Below are positions 1 to 9,783 of a stretch of 64,000 nucleotides of DNA, in pieces. Source of the DNA: an uncultured Pseudomonadota bacterium (GTDB lineage Bacteria > Pseudomonadota > Alphaproteobacteria > JACZXZ01). Positions within the stretch are counted from its first letter, which is position 1; every line of letters begins with the position of its first letter. The stretch lies in contig CAVVLJ010000014.1 in NCBI GenBank assembly GCA_963749075.1, forward strand, positions 1-64,000, in the 5' to 3' direction. The translations under genes and the position numbers were made by a program. The notes under the pieces were generated by a model that saw only the letters and a list, made by a program, of their open reading frames with translations, was not told the DNA's origin and ran no database searches.

Positions 1-72
1 CTCCGGGGGTCGGATTCGAACCGACGGCCAACCGGTTAACAGCCGGTTGCTCTACCGCTGAGCTACCCCGGA
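1..72 (-). tRNA. tRNA-Asn (GTT); 3' CCA lies outside the window
   Basis: Reverse complement reads TCCGGGGTAGCTCAGCGGTAGAGCAACCGGCT-GTT-AACCGGTTGGCCGTCGGTTCGAATCCGACCCCCGGAG: D-loop, anticodon stem ACCGG/CCGGT, TTCGAAT T-loop. Confidence 0.97.
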
Positions 73-154
73 ACAAGGTGTGGACGCGGCGCTATTTAAC
101 AGAGCCGGGCGGAGGACGCCAGAGCTTCCTTGGCGCGACGGCGGCCGCGGCCGC

Positions 155-835
155 TCAGCCGCTCGCCGCGGCCTCGCGGGCGAAATCGCCGCCCGGCCCG
201 CGCTTCATCGCGAAGAGGCGCGGATAGGCCTCGCGCATCGCCGCCATCACGGTCTCGGCCGGCACGTCGGCCGAGGCGCCGCGCACGCGCACGTATTCCA
301 TGTGCCGGCGCCCCTCGCGGTCGTAAGCATGCAGCACCGCGTCGCTCTCGCCGTCGAACTCGAGCGGCTCGATGCCGAACTTCTCGCACAGCGTCAAGTT
401 GAAGGTGGGCGTCGCCTTGAGCCAGCGCCCGCCCAGCCACAGCTCGGCGATGCCGTGGTAGATGAAGAGATCGCTGCCGATGAGCTCGAGGAGGCGAGGC
501 GTCGCGAGATGGTTGCGCACGTCGGCGAAGGCGATGCGCGCGGCGATCCCCTCCGCGCGCGCCGCCGCGGCGAGGAGGGCGGCCTTGCCCACGCAATAGC
601 CGCGCCCGCGCGCTAGCACCGCACTCGCGCGGTAGCTGTCGAGCTCGCCATACGGCACGTAGGGATCGTAGAGGATACCGTCGCGCACCGCGCGATAGAG
701 CCTGACCGCCTTCTCGCGCGGCTCCGCGGCGCTACCGGCCACGCGCGCGGCAAAAGCCGCGACCGCCGGATGCGCGCTGTCGATGAAGCTTGCCGGGCAA
801 AGGTACTCCTCGCCTGGCATGGGGGTTGTCGTCAT
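155..835 (-). CDS. Transglutaminase-like (cysteine protease fold) family protein
   Basis: Motifs YRAVRDGILYDPY, RGYCVGKA (catalytic Cys), HGIAELWLGGRWLKATPTFN. Start placed at MTTTPMPGEE. Confidence 0.85.
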   Translation of the reverse strand: MTTTPMPGEEYLCPASFIDSAHPAVAAFAARVAGSAAEPREKAVRLYRAVRDGILYDPYVPYGELDSYRASAVLARGRGYCVGKAALLAAAARAEGIAARIAFADVRNHLATPRLLELIGSDLFIYHGIAELWLGGRWLKATPTFNLTLCEKFGIEPLEFDGESDAVLHAYDREGRRHMEYVRVRGASADVPAETVMAAMREAYPRLFAMKRGPGGDFAREAAASG

Positions 836-925
836 GGCCACGCCTCGCTCGCCGGCCTGACAAATAGGAGATCGCCCGTGCCTCTGCAAGCGGCGCAAGA
901 GCATGACCGCCTTGCACGCCCCGAT

Positions 926-970
926 GCCGGCTTGTGCAACGCCGGCTTGTGCAACGCCGGCTTGTGCAAC
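926..970. repeat. Tandem repeat, 3 x 15 bp GCCGGCTTGTGCAAC
   Basis: Three perfect copies at 926-940, 941-955 and 956-970 in a divergent intergenic region. Confidence 0.95.
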
Positions 971-1032
971 GGCAGAGCGCCGTGCGATGAGAGCGGGCCC
1001 TAGTCCCTGTCGCGCGCCGAGTGGAGGAGACC

Positions 1033-1245
1033 ATGGCGGTCATGATGAAGGTTTGCGGCCTCTTCGAGCGTAATGCAGACGGCGGCAATGCGTACCGCTA
1101 CCTGACCGGCTTCCTCAACGAGCAGACGCGGGTGGTGATCATGCCCAACAGGGAGAAGCGGTCCGACGGCGATCCCGACTGGATTCTCTATCTGGCGCCG
1201 CTGCCCAGCGGCTCGCCTTCAGCGCCGGAGGCCGCACCCGAATAG
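1033..1245 (+). CDS. Small hypothetical protein (70 aa), DUF736-like/phage-type beta protein
   Basis: Strong RBS GGAGGAG before ATG 1033; GC3-biased codons; pattern GLF...YLTG...VVIMPN.EK.S..DPDW.LY. Confidence 0.6.
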   Translation: MAVMMKVCGLFERNADGGNAYRYLTGFLNEQTRVVIMPNREKRSDGDPDWILYLAPLPSGSPSAPEAAPE

Positions 1246-1268
1246 GCAGCGCAGGCGGCCGGCCGGTC

Positions 1269-1306
1269 ACACATAACAATTCCTTTACACATAACATTTC
1301 CATAAC
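1269..1306. promoter_or_regulatory. AT-rich direct repeat (ACACATAACAWTTCC x2), degenerate CtrA-like sites upstream of HD-GYP gene
   Basis: ACACATAACAATTCC 1269-1283 and ACACATAACATTTCC 1287-1301; each gives ATAA-N7-(TTTA/ATAA)C. Confidence 0.4.
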
Positions 1307-1356
1307 TCGGGCCGGCTTACATTGCTTCCGACGGCACCTGAATACCGGGGATGGTC

Positions 1357-2833
1357 ATGACACTCGCCGCCGCGAAGAAGGAGACCCTCGTGAGCCTGGA
1401 GCGCGTCGTTCCGCCAGCGGATTTGCGGCATCTTCGCCTTTCCGAGGTCATCGGCGCGCTGAGCTACGCGCTCGATCTCACCGAAGGCCAGCCGCCCGGC
1501 CACTCCTTGCGCTGCTGCTGGATCGGCACGCACATCGGGTGCGAGCTCGGGCTCGACGCCGAGGCGCTCTCCGACCTCTATTACACGCTCCTTCTCAAGG
1601 ATACCGGCTGCAGCAGCAACGCGGCGCGGCTGTGGCAGCTCTACGGCGGCGACGACCGCCGGCTCAAGCACGACGTGAAGACGGTCGACCTGCAAAGCCT
1701 TTTGCAGATCGGCCAGTTCGTCCTGCAGCACGCCGGCCCCGGCGAGCCCTTGCGCAAGCGCATCCACCGCATCCTCAACCTGACCCGCTACGGCGACAAG
1801 CTGGCGACCGAGGTGGTGCAGACGCGCTGCGAGCGCGGCGCCCAGATCGTGCGCCAGCTCGGCTTCGGCGAGGCGGTCGCCGCCGGGGTCTATTCGCTCG
1901 ACGAGCATTGGAACGGCAAGGGCCAACCGGAGGGGCTGCGCGGCGAGGCGATCCCGCTGGGCGCGCGCATCGCCCTCCTCGCGCAGGTGGCCAACGTCTT
2001 CCATGCCGTGGGCGGTGCGGCCGGTGCCAGGGAGGAGGTCCAGCGCCGCGTCGATGCCTGGTTCGACCCGGCCGTGGTTTCGGCCTTCCGCGCGGTGTCC
2101 GGCGAGGCGGCCTTCTGGGCGGGGCTCGAGGCCGAGGGTCTCGATGCGCGCGTAGCTGCCCTCGAGCCGGCGGCGCGCGTGGTGATGGTCGACGAGGACC
2201 GCCTCGAACGTCATCGCCGAGGCCTTTGCCGAGGTGGTCGATGCCAAAAGCAACTTCACTTACGGTCACGGCCACCGGGTCGCGCGCTACACCGATGCCA
2301 TCGCGCGCCGCCTGGGCCTGCCCGCGGAGCGCCGCCGTTGGCTGCGGCGCGGTGCCCTCCTGCACGACATCGGCAAGCTCGGGGTGAGCAACGGCATCCT
2401 CGACAAGCCGGCGCGCCTCAACAGCGGCGAGTGGGCGGAGGTCAAGGAGCACGCCCAGCTCTCGCAGGAGATACTCGGGCGCCTCAGCGTATTTCTCGAC
2501 CTGGCGCCGATCGTCGGCGCGCACCATGAGCGGGTCGACGGCGAGGGCTATCCGCGGCGCCTGGCCGGGAGCGCCATTTCCCTCGAGACGCGCATCATCA
2601 CCGTGAGCGACATCTTCGACGCCATCACCGCGGCGCGGCCCTACCGCGGGCCGATCGCGGTCGCCGACGCCCTCGCCATGATGGAGCGCGAGCGCGACGC
2701 GGCGATCGACGGCCGCTGCCTCGACGCCCTCAAGGCCTGCCTGCCGCAGCTCACGCCGATCGCCCGCGCGGCGGGCGAGGGCGTGCCGACCGCAGGCGAC
2801 CTGCCGCCGCGCCCGTTCTCGCGCTTCGCCTGA
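1357..2833 (+). CDS. HD-GYP domain c-di-GMP phosphodiesterase (tandem HD domains); frameshift near 2207, probably a sequencing error
   Basis: N-part ALSYALDLTEGQPPGHSLR...DEHWNGKGQP; C-part LLHDIGKLGV...HHERVDGEGYP. Removing one A at 2207 joins ORFs 1351..2529 and 2234..2833 (RLDVIAEAFAEVVDAKS). Confidence 0.88.
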
Positions 2834-2991
2834 GCGAGGCATGCCGCGCCGAGCGCGCCGCTGCAAGTCCCTGGCGATGAGTTGCGCCGGGAACAAGGGA
2901 TTGATTATCGCCCTGGGGCGGCCCATATTCACGAGGCCAGGGGGCGGGAGCGAAGGCGCTCCGATCGGGGGTCTTGCGGGGAGATCGTCCC

Positions 2992-3318
2992 ATGGAGCAA
3001 GCAGGCAATATGCACGTTCTTCGCTGTTACGCCGAGGGTCGTCCCGGTGCCTGGGAGGCCGTCTGTCTTGATTTCGATCTTGCCGTGCAAGGCGAGAGCC
3101 TGGAGGATGTGCTGGGGTCGCTCAAAAAGGCGATCGGCATGTATCTCGAGACGGTCCATGAATTGCCGGAGGAAGAGCGGAAGCGATTTCTCAATCGGCG
3201 AGCTCCGCTCAGCCTGCGGCTGAAGTTCCTCTGGCATGTCGTGCGAAGTGTCCTCGCCAACAAGGACGGTCCGGACCGTAAGGCACGCGCCGAGTTTCTC
3301 ATCCCCTGTCCGGCGTGA
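2992..3318 (+). CDS. hicB: HicB-like antitoxin (N-terminal domain only)
   Basis: WEAVCLDFDLAVQGESLEDV..L..AI.MYLE pattern; overlaps the hicA-like gene by GTGA. Confidence 0.7.
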   Translation: MEQAGNMHVLRCYAEGRPGAWEAVCLDFDLAVQGESLEDVLGSLKKAIGMYLETVHELPEEERKRFLNRRAPLSLRLKFLWHVVRSVLANKDGPDRKARAEFLIPCPA

Positions 3319-3527
3319 AGTACCGACGGATCATTCGTATCCTCGAAGATCACGCCTTCAAATTGAAGCGACAAGACGGCAGTCACCGGCAGTACGAAGG
3401 GCTCCACTCCGGGCGGCGCTGGCTTGTCACGGTCGCTTTTCACGGGCTGAATGACGACATTCTGCCTAAGAACTTGGCGTCGATGATCCGCCAATCCGGG
3501 CTCCCCAAAGACGCATTCGTCTCGTAA
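3315..3527 (+). CDS. hicA: HicA-family toxin (mRNA interferase)
   Basis: 70 aa basic protein with IIRILEDHAFKLKRQDGSHRQY and LASMIRQSGL, the HicA GSH signature. Confidence 0.85.
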   Translation: MKYRRIIRILEDHAFKLKRQDGSHRQYEGLHSGRRWLVTVAFHGLNDDILPKNLASMIRQSGLPKDAFVS

Positions 3528-3606
3528 GGGGAGCGCGGCGCGCGCGGCCATATTGTTGACGAGGCTTCAACTCCGGCTGCTCTCGATCCGCAGTCGATTG
3601 GGGAAT

Positions 3607-3680
3607 TGGAGGCCGGGGCCGGAATCGAACCGACGTACGGGGATTTGCAGTCCCCTGCATGGCCACTCTGCCACCCGGCC
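3607..3680 (-). tRNA. tRNA-Cys (GCA)
   Basis: Reverse complement GGCCGGGTGGCAGAGTGGCCATGCAGGGGACT-GCA-AATCCCCGTACGTCGGTTCGATTCCGGCCCCGGCCTCCA, encoded CCA. Confidence 0.97.
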
Positions 3681-3900
3681 GGAAGCCCGCGAGGCGGCCG
3701 CTGCCGCGCGAGGGGCGCCATATTTGCCGCCGCGGCCCGCCCGGTCAAGGCTGCTCTTGCCGGGTGCGGCGACCGGAGAGGCCTCGTTTTGCGCTGCGGC
3801 ATGTTGTCTTTTCCGCCCTTGCCGCGTATACCGTTCCTGAGCCGATAGCGGCACAGGCTTGGTAGCGCGTCTCGTTCCCTCGTGCCGTCCGCCGATCGCC

Positions 3901-4558
3901 ATGTCCGACTTCGCCGCGCGCCGCCTGAACATGCTGGAGAGCCAGCTGCGCCCGAACGAGATCGCCGAGCCGGCGCTTCTGGCAGCGCTCGGCGAGAATC
4001 CCGCGCGAGCTCTTCGTGCCCGAGCCTCTCCGCGGCGTCGCCTATGTGGACGAGGACATCCCGCTCGGCCGCGGCCGCGCGCTCCTGGCACCCCTCGTCC
4101 TGGCGCGCCTCGTCCAGCTCGCCGGTGTCGACGGCACCGAGAACGTCCTCGATATAGGTTGCTGCACCGGCTATTCGACGGCGGTGCTGGCGCGGCTCTG
4201 CCACAGCGTGGTGGGGCTCGAGTGCGAGCACGAGCTCGCAGCCACGGCGCGGCAGCGCCTCGGAGAGCTCTGCGTGCGCAATGCCATGGTTGTCGAGGGG
4301 CCGCTCGCGGCCGGCCATGCGACGCGCGCGCCTTACGACGCGATCCTCATCGGCGGCGCCGTCGAGGCGGTACCGGATGCCGTAGCAGGTCAGCTCGCCG
4401 AGGGCGGCCGCCTCGTCGCGGTGGTGCGGAGCGCGCGCGAGGTCGGCCGCGTCACCCTCTTCGTCAAGCTCGGCGGCCTCATCTCCAGCCGCCCGATCTA
4501 CGACGCGGCGGCGGAGCCGCTGCCCGGCTTCGCGCGGCCCAAGGAGTTCGTCTTCTAG
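3901..4558 (+). CDS. pcm: Protein-L-isoaspartate O-methyltransferase family; frameshift near 3997
   Basis: ARRLNMLESQLRPN...(GEIPRELFVP)...VLDIGCCTGYSTAVLA...PYDAILIGGAV...QLAEGGRLV...KEFVF. Confidence 0.9.
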
Positions 4559-4570
4559 GAGCCTCTCTTG

Positions 4571-4900
4571 TTGCATGCGCTTGACTGCGAGATCGACATC
4601 GCGACCCTCGCGCGGCTCAGCGCCAACGGCGACGAGGTGACGGTCGTCGACGTGCGCGAGCCGTGGGAGCGCGAGATCTGCGCGCTCGACGGCAGCATCG
4701 CCATCCCGCTCGCCGAGCTTCCCGAGCGGCTCGGCCAGCTGCCCGGCTCCGGCACGATCGTGCTGCTCTGCCACCACGGGGTGCGCAGCCTGCAGGCCGC
4801 GAGCTGGCTGCGCCGCCAGGGCTTCGAGCACGCCGTCAGCCTGAGAGGCGGCATCGATGCCTGGGCGTGCGAGGTCGAGCCTGCCATGAGGCGCTATTGA
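4571..4900 (+). CDS. Rhodanese-like domain protein
   Basis: VVDVREPWE, LLCHHGVRS, SLRGGIDAW motifs. Start codon uncertain (TTG 4568 or 4571). Confidence 0.88.
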   Translation: MHALDCEIDIATLARLSANGDEVTVVDVREPWEREICALDGSIAIPLAELPERLGQLPGSGTIVLLCHHGVRSLQAASWLRRQGFEHAVSLRGGIDAWACEVEPAMRRY

Positions 4901-6319
4901 TGAGGCCGGCAAGAACACTGGCAAGAACAAAAGCGCGCGCGCGGCGGCACTGGACTGCGCTCGCCTGTGCCGCAGCGCTCCTGGCCGCGGCACTCTCGGC
5001 TGCCGGTGCCCACGCGCAGAGCCTGACCGACGCGCTCGTCATGGCCTACGGCAGCAACCCGGCCCTCCTCGCCGAGCGCGCGCAGCTGCGGGCTGAGGAC
5101 GAGGGCGTGGCACAGGCGCTCTCCGGCTGGCGGCCGACGGTCACGGTCGGCGTCAACGGCGGACGGCAATGGTATTCCTCGATCCCGGTGGCCAAGGCGG
5201 GCAGCACGCCGAGCAATACGGAGTACCCGCGCGCGGGCTCGCTCACCGTCACGCAGAATGTCTACAAGGGTGGCAAGATCGAGGCCCAGACGCGGGCGGC
5301 GGACTACAACGTGCTGAGCGAGCGCTCGCACCTGCAGCTCGTCGAGCAGACCACGATCCTCAATGCCGCACTCGCCTACATCAACGTCGTCGAGGATCAG
5401 TCGCTGCTCGATCTCAACATCAGCAACGAGAAGGTCCTCGCCGAGCAGCTCAAGGCGACGCGGGACCGCTTCCAGGTGGGCGAGGTGACGCGCACGGACG
5501 TCTCTCAGGCGGAGGCGCAGCTCTCGGCGGCGCACGCCGGACGGCAGGCGGCGGAGAGCCAGCTTGCCATCGGCCGCGCGAACTACCGCAACGTCATCGG
5601 GGTGGAGCCCGGCCAGCTCATCGATCCGGGCGAGCCGGTCGGGCTGCCGGGCGCGCGCGACGAGGCGCTCACCCTGGCGCAGCGTCAGAACCCCAACGTG
5701 ACGATGGCCGTCTATAGCGAGCGCTCGGCGCTCGCCAACGTCGAACGTCCAGCTGAGCGGGCTGCTGCCGAGCCTCTCGATCCAGGCCATCCTCTCCAAG
5801 AGCGAGCAGCAGGTGAGCCGCATCGACGACACCTCGGTCGCCCAGGTCCTCGCGGTGCTGTCGCTGCCCGTCTACACCGGGGGCCTCGTCAACTCCGAGG
5901 TGCGCCAGGCTAAGGAGCAGGTGGCTGCCGCGCGCCTGCAGGTGGACGCGGCCGAGCGCCAGGCGATCCAGGACGCCGCCACCGCCTGGGACAGTCTCGT
6001 CAGCGCGCGTGCCCAGGCGCTCTCCTTCCAGGACCAGATCAAGGCGAACCAGGTGGCGCTCGAGGGCGTGCAGCAGGAGGCGCTCGCCGGCCTGCGCACG
6101 GTGCTCGACGTGCTCAACGCGCAGCAGGCGCTGCTCACCTCCCAGGTGAGCCTCGTGCAATCGCACCACGACGCGGTCCAGGCGGCCTACAACCTGCTCA
6201 ACGCCGCGGGACGCCTCACCGCGCGCGACCGCCAGCTCCCCGTCGCGTACTACGACCCGACGGCGCACTACAACGAGACGCGCGACAAATGGCGCGGCCT
6301 CGGCGATCCCGTCCAATAA
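4900..6319 (+). CDS. tolC: TolC-family outer membrane protein; frameshift near 5744
   Basis: Signal peptide, [48 protein letters not shown]; pcm-tolC-popZ-valS synteny. Confidence 0.9.
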
Positions 6320-6414
6320 CGTCTCGCAGTACCGGCTGAATCTTGTTATCTTGGCGCCTGTCGCGGCTGCGGCGCGTGGCGGCAGCTCATTTTGTCGGCG
6401 GGCGTGGTTCGTCC

Positions 6415-6969
6415 ATGAGCGAGCAGAGAACGCAAGAGCCGTCGATGGAGGAGATACTGGCCTCGATCCGCCGGATCATCTCCGAGGACGGCACCCGGCA
6501 GAACGACGGCGAGGCGCCAGGTGCGCCCGCGGTGCTTGCCGGTGCTGCCGCCGACGAAAGCAAGCACGAGGTTCTCGAGCTCAGGGACATGGTGCAGGAC
6601 GACGGCTCGGTGAGGACGCTCGAGGCGAAGGCGCCGGCCGCGCCGCCGCCGCTGCCCGCGGCCGAGCCGGCGCCCGAGCCGGTCGTCGAGGCGGGCGCCA
6701 TCGACAACGGCACGGCACTCATGTCCGAGGCGACGCGCATCGAGTCCGCGCGCACGCTCGCCGAGCTCGCGACCGCGGTGGCGCAGGAGAAGGCGAGCGA
6801 GGGCGTCGACATTCCGCTCGGCGTGGCGGACACCACGCTGCGCGATCTCGTGAGCGAGCTCTTGCGCCCGCTCCTGCGCGAGTGGCTCGACCGCAACCTC
6901 CCGGGCCTCATCGAGCGGCTCGTGAAGCGGGAAATCGAAAAGCTGGTACGCCGCGCCGAGGGCCGCTAA
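6415..6969 (+). CDS. popZ: Polar organizing protein PopZ (DUF2497)
   Basis: N-terminal [18 protein letters not shown] and C-terminal [27 protein letters not shown]. Confidence 0.95.
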   Translation: MSEQRTQEPSMEEILASIRRIISEDGTRQNDGEAPGAPAVLAGAAADESKHEVLELRDMVQDDGSVRTLEAKAPAAPPPLPAAEPAPEPVVEAGAIDNGTALMSEATRIESARTLAELATAVAQEKASEGVDIPLGVADTTLRDLVSELLRPLLREWLDRNLPGLIERLVKREIEKLVRRAEGR

Positions 6970-7058
6970 AGTCCGGCCCGCCCGCGGCGCCGCACCCGAG
7001 CCCGGGACCGCCTCGCCTTTCACCCTTGAGCCCTTCTCGAGACGACGCAGCAAGAGCC

Positions 7059-9717
7059 ATGCTGGACAAGACCTATCGGCCGCAGGACGTCGAGACCAGG
7101 CGCTACCAGGCCTGGGAGTCCTCGGGCGCCTTCCGCGCCGAGACCGCCTCGAACAAGCGGCCCTACGTGATCATGATGCCGCCGGCCAACGTGACGGGCA
7201 GCCTGCACGTCGGCCACGCCTTCACCTTCACCCTGCAGGACATCCTCATCCGCTTCTACCGCATGCGCGGCCGCGACGCGCTGTGGCAGCCGGGCACCGA
7301 CCACGCCGGGATCGCCACCCAGATGGTGGTCGAGCGCCAGCTCGAGGCCGCGGGCGAGACGCGCGACGGGCTCGGCCGCGCCGCCTTTCTCGAGCGCGTC
7401 TGGCAGTGGCAGCGGCAATCCGGCGGCACCATCCTCACCCAGCTGCGCCGGCTCGGCGCCTCCGCCGACTGGTCGCGCGAGCGCTTCACCATGGACGAGG
7501 GGCTCTCCCTCGCCGTGCGCAAGGTGTTCGTCGATCTCCACAAGGACGGCCTCATCTACCGCGACAAGCGCCTGGTCAATTGGGACCCCAAGCTGCACAC
7601 CGCGATCTCCGACCTCGAGGTGCAGTCGCGCGAGGTCAAGGGCAAGATCTGGCATCTCAAATATCCCCTCGAGGGCGAGGACGGCCGCTTCATCGCCGTC
7701 GCCACCACGCGGCCCGAGACCATGCTGGGCGACAGCGCCGTCGCCGTGCATCCCGAGGACGCGCGCTACGCGGCATTGGTGGGCAGGCACGCGGTCCTGC
7801 CCCTCGTCGGCCGCCGCCTGCCGATCATAGCCGACCTCCACGCCGATCCCGCGGAGGGCAGCGGCGCCGTCAAGATCACGCCCGCGCACGACTTCAACGA
7901 CTTCGAGGTCGGCCGCCGCCACGGCCTCGCGATGATCAACATCTTCGACCGCGATGCGCACCTCAACGACGCGGTGCCGCCACCCTATCGCGGCCTCTCG
8001 CGCGAGGCGGCGCGCGAGAAGGTGATCGCCGATCTCGCGGCCCAGGGCCTCCTGGAGAAGGTCGAGGAGCGTACCGTCATGCTGCCTTACGGCGACCGCT
8101 CGGGCGTCGTCATCGAGCCGTGGCTGACCGACCAGTGGTACGTCGACGCCAAGACGCTCGCGGCACCCGCGATCGAGGCGGTGCGCGCCGGCCGCACGCG
8201 CATCGTGCCGCGCCAATGGGAGGCGGTCTATTTCGAGTGGATGACCAACATCCAGCCGTGGTGCGTCTCGCGCCAGATCTGGTGGGGCCACCAGGTGCCG
8301 GCGTGGTACGGGCCCGACGGCCGCATCTTCGTCGAGATGACGGAGGAGGAGGCCAAGCGCGCGGCAGCCGCGCATTACGGCAACGCCGTCGAGCTCAAGC
8401 GCGACGAGGACGTGCTCGACACCTGGTTCTCCTCGGCCCTCTGGCCCTTCTCGACGCTCGGCTGGCCGGAGAGGACGCCGGAGCTCGCGCGCTATTACCC
8501 GGGAGAGGTGCTGGTCACCGGCTTCGACATCCTCTTCTTCTGGGTCGCGCGCATGATGATGATGGGCATCCATTTCATGGGCGACGTGCCCTTCCGCAAC
8601 GTCTACATCCACGGTCTCGTGCGCGACGCCGAGGGGCAGAAGATGTCGAAGTCGAAGGGCAACATCATGGACCCGGTCGAGCTCATCGACAAATACGGCT
8701 GCGACGCGCTGCGCTTCACGCTCGCCGCCACGGTGGCCGAGGGGCGCGACCTCAAGCTCTCGGAGAGCCGCATCGAGGGCTACCGCAATTTCTGCACCAA
8801 GCTGTGGAACGCGGCACGTTTCTGCGAGATGAACGGCTGCCGGCCCGAGGCGGGATTCGCTCCCTCTGCGGCCAAGGAGACGGTCAACCTCTGGATCATG
8901 GGCGAGCTCGCCGAGGCCGGGCGGCGCGCCGCACTGGCGCTCGAGGACTATAAGTACAACGAGGCCGCGCAGGCGCTCTACCGCTTCACCTGGAACCTCT
9001 TCTGCGACTGGTACATCGAGCTCGCCAAGCCCGTCCTCCTCGGCGCCGGCGAGGCGGCGAAGCGCGAGACCCGCGCCGCCGCCGCCTGGGTGCTCGACCG
9101 CCTCCTCCACTACCTCCACCCGCTCATGCCCTTCATTACCGAGGAGCTCCACGAGCAGCTCGGCGAGGAGCCCGGCCAGCGGCTCATCGCGGCGGCCTGG
9201 CCGGAGCCGGACAGCAACGTCGTCGATGCCGGCGCGCGCGACGAGATCAACTGGGTGATCCGCGTCATCTCGGAGAATCCGCTCCGTGCGCGCGGAGATG
9301 AACGTGCCGCCCAAGGCCGCGCTTCCACTGCACTTGCTCGGGGCGAGTGACGATACAGAGGATCGGCTTAGCCGGAATAGAGAACTGATCGGTCAGCTCG
9401 GCGGAGTTTACGTTGAGAGCATCGTGAAAGGCGTCGGCTCAGTTCGCAGAGGAGCAGCAGAGTTCCTTATCGATGAGGCGCTCTTCGTGCTGCCGCTCGA
9501 AGAGGCGATCGACATCGACAAGGAGTGTGCCCGTCTCGTGAGAAAGCTTGCAGATATTGAGGGCGAGATCGGCAAGCTCGAGAAAAGGCTTGCGAACAGC
9601 GATTTTGTCGCCCGGGCGCCGGAGGATGTGATCGAGGAGCAGCGCAAGCGTCACGAGGAGGCGGTCGCGGCGCGCGCCAAGCTCGTGGAGCGGCTCGCAC
9701 GACTGGGCGAAGGCTGA
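7059..9717 (+). CDS. valS: Valine--tRNA ligase; frameshift near 9276
   Basis: [30 protein letters not shown]; C-terminal coiled coil ([11 protein letters not shown]) continues in ORF 9286..9717 after SEIRSVR. Confidence 0.97.
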
Positions 9718-9723
9718 GATTGT

Positions 9724-9762
9724 CCCTCACCCTCCCATTGGTGCGCAATGGGAGGGTGAGGG
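9724..9762. terminator. Strong hairpin after valS (repeat-family half element / possible terminator)
   Basis: CCCTCACCCTCCCATTG-GTGCG-CAATGGGAGGGTGAGGG perfect inverted repeat; no U-tract. Confidence 0.6.
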
Positions 9763-9783
9763 ACGGCTCGCTAGAGGCGCAGG

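Noticed and set aside
1224-1246. attR-like copy of the tRNA-Cys 3' end (GGAGGCCG...CCGAAT)
   Set aside because: Match is only about 8 bp in a GC-rich genome and no integrase is present.
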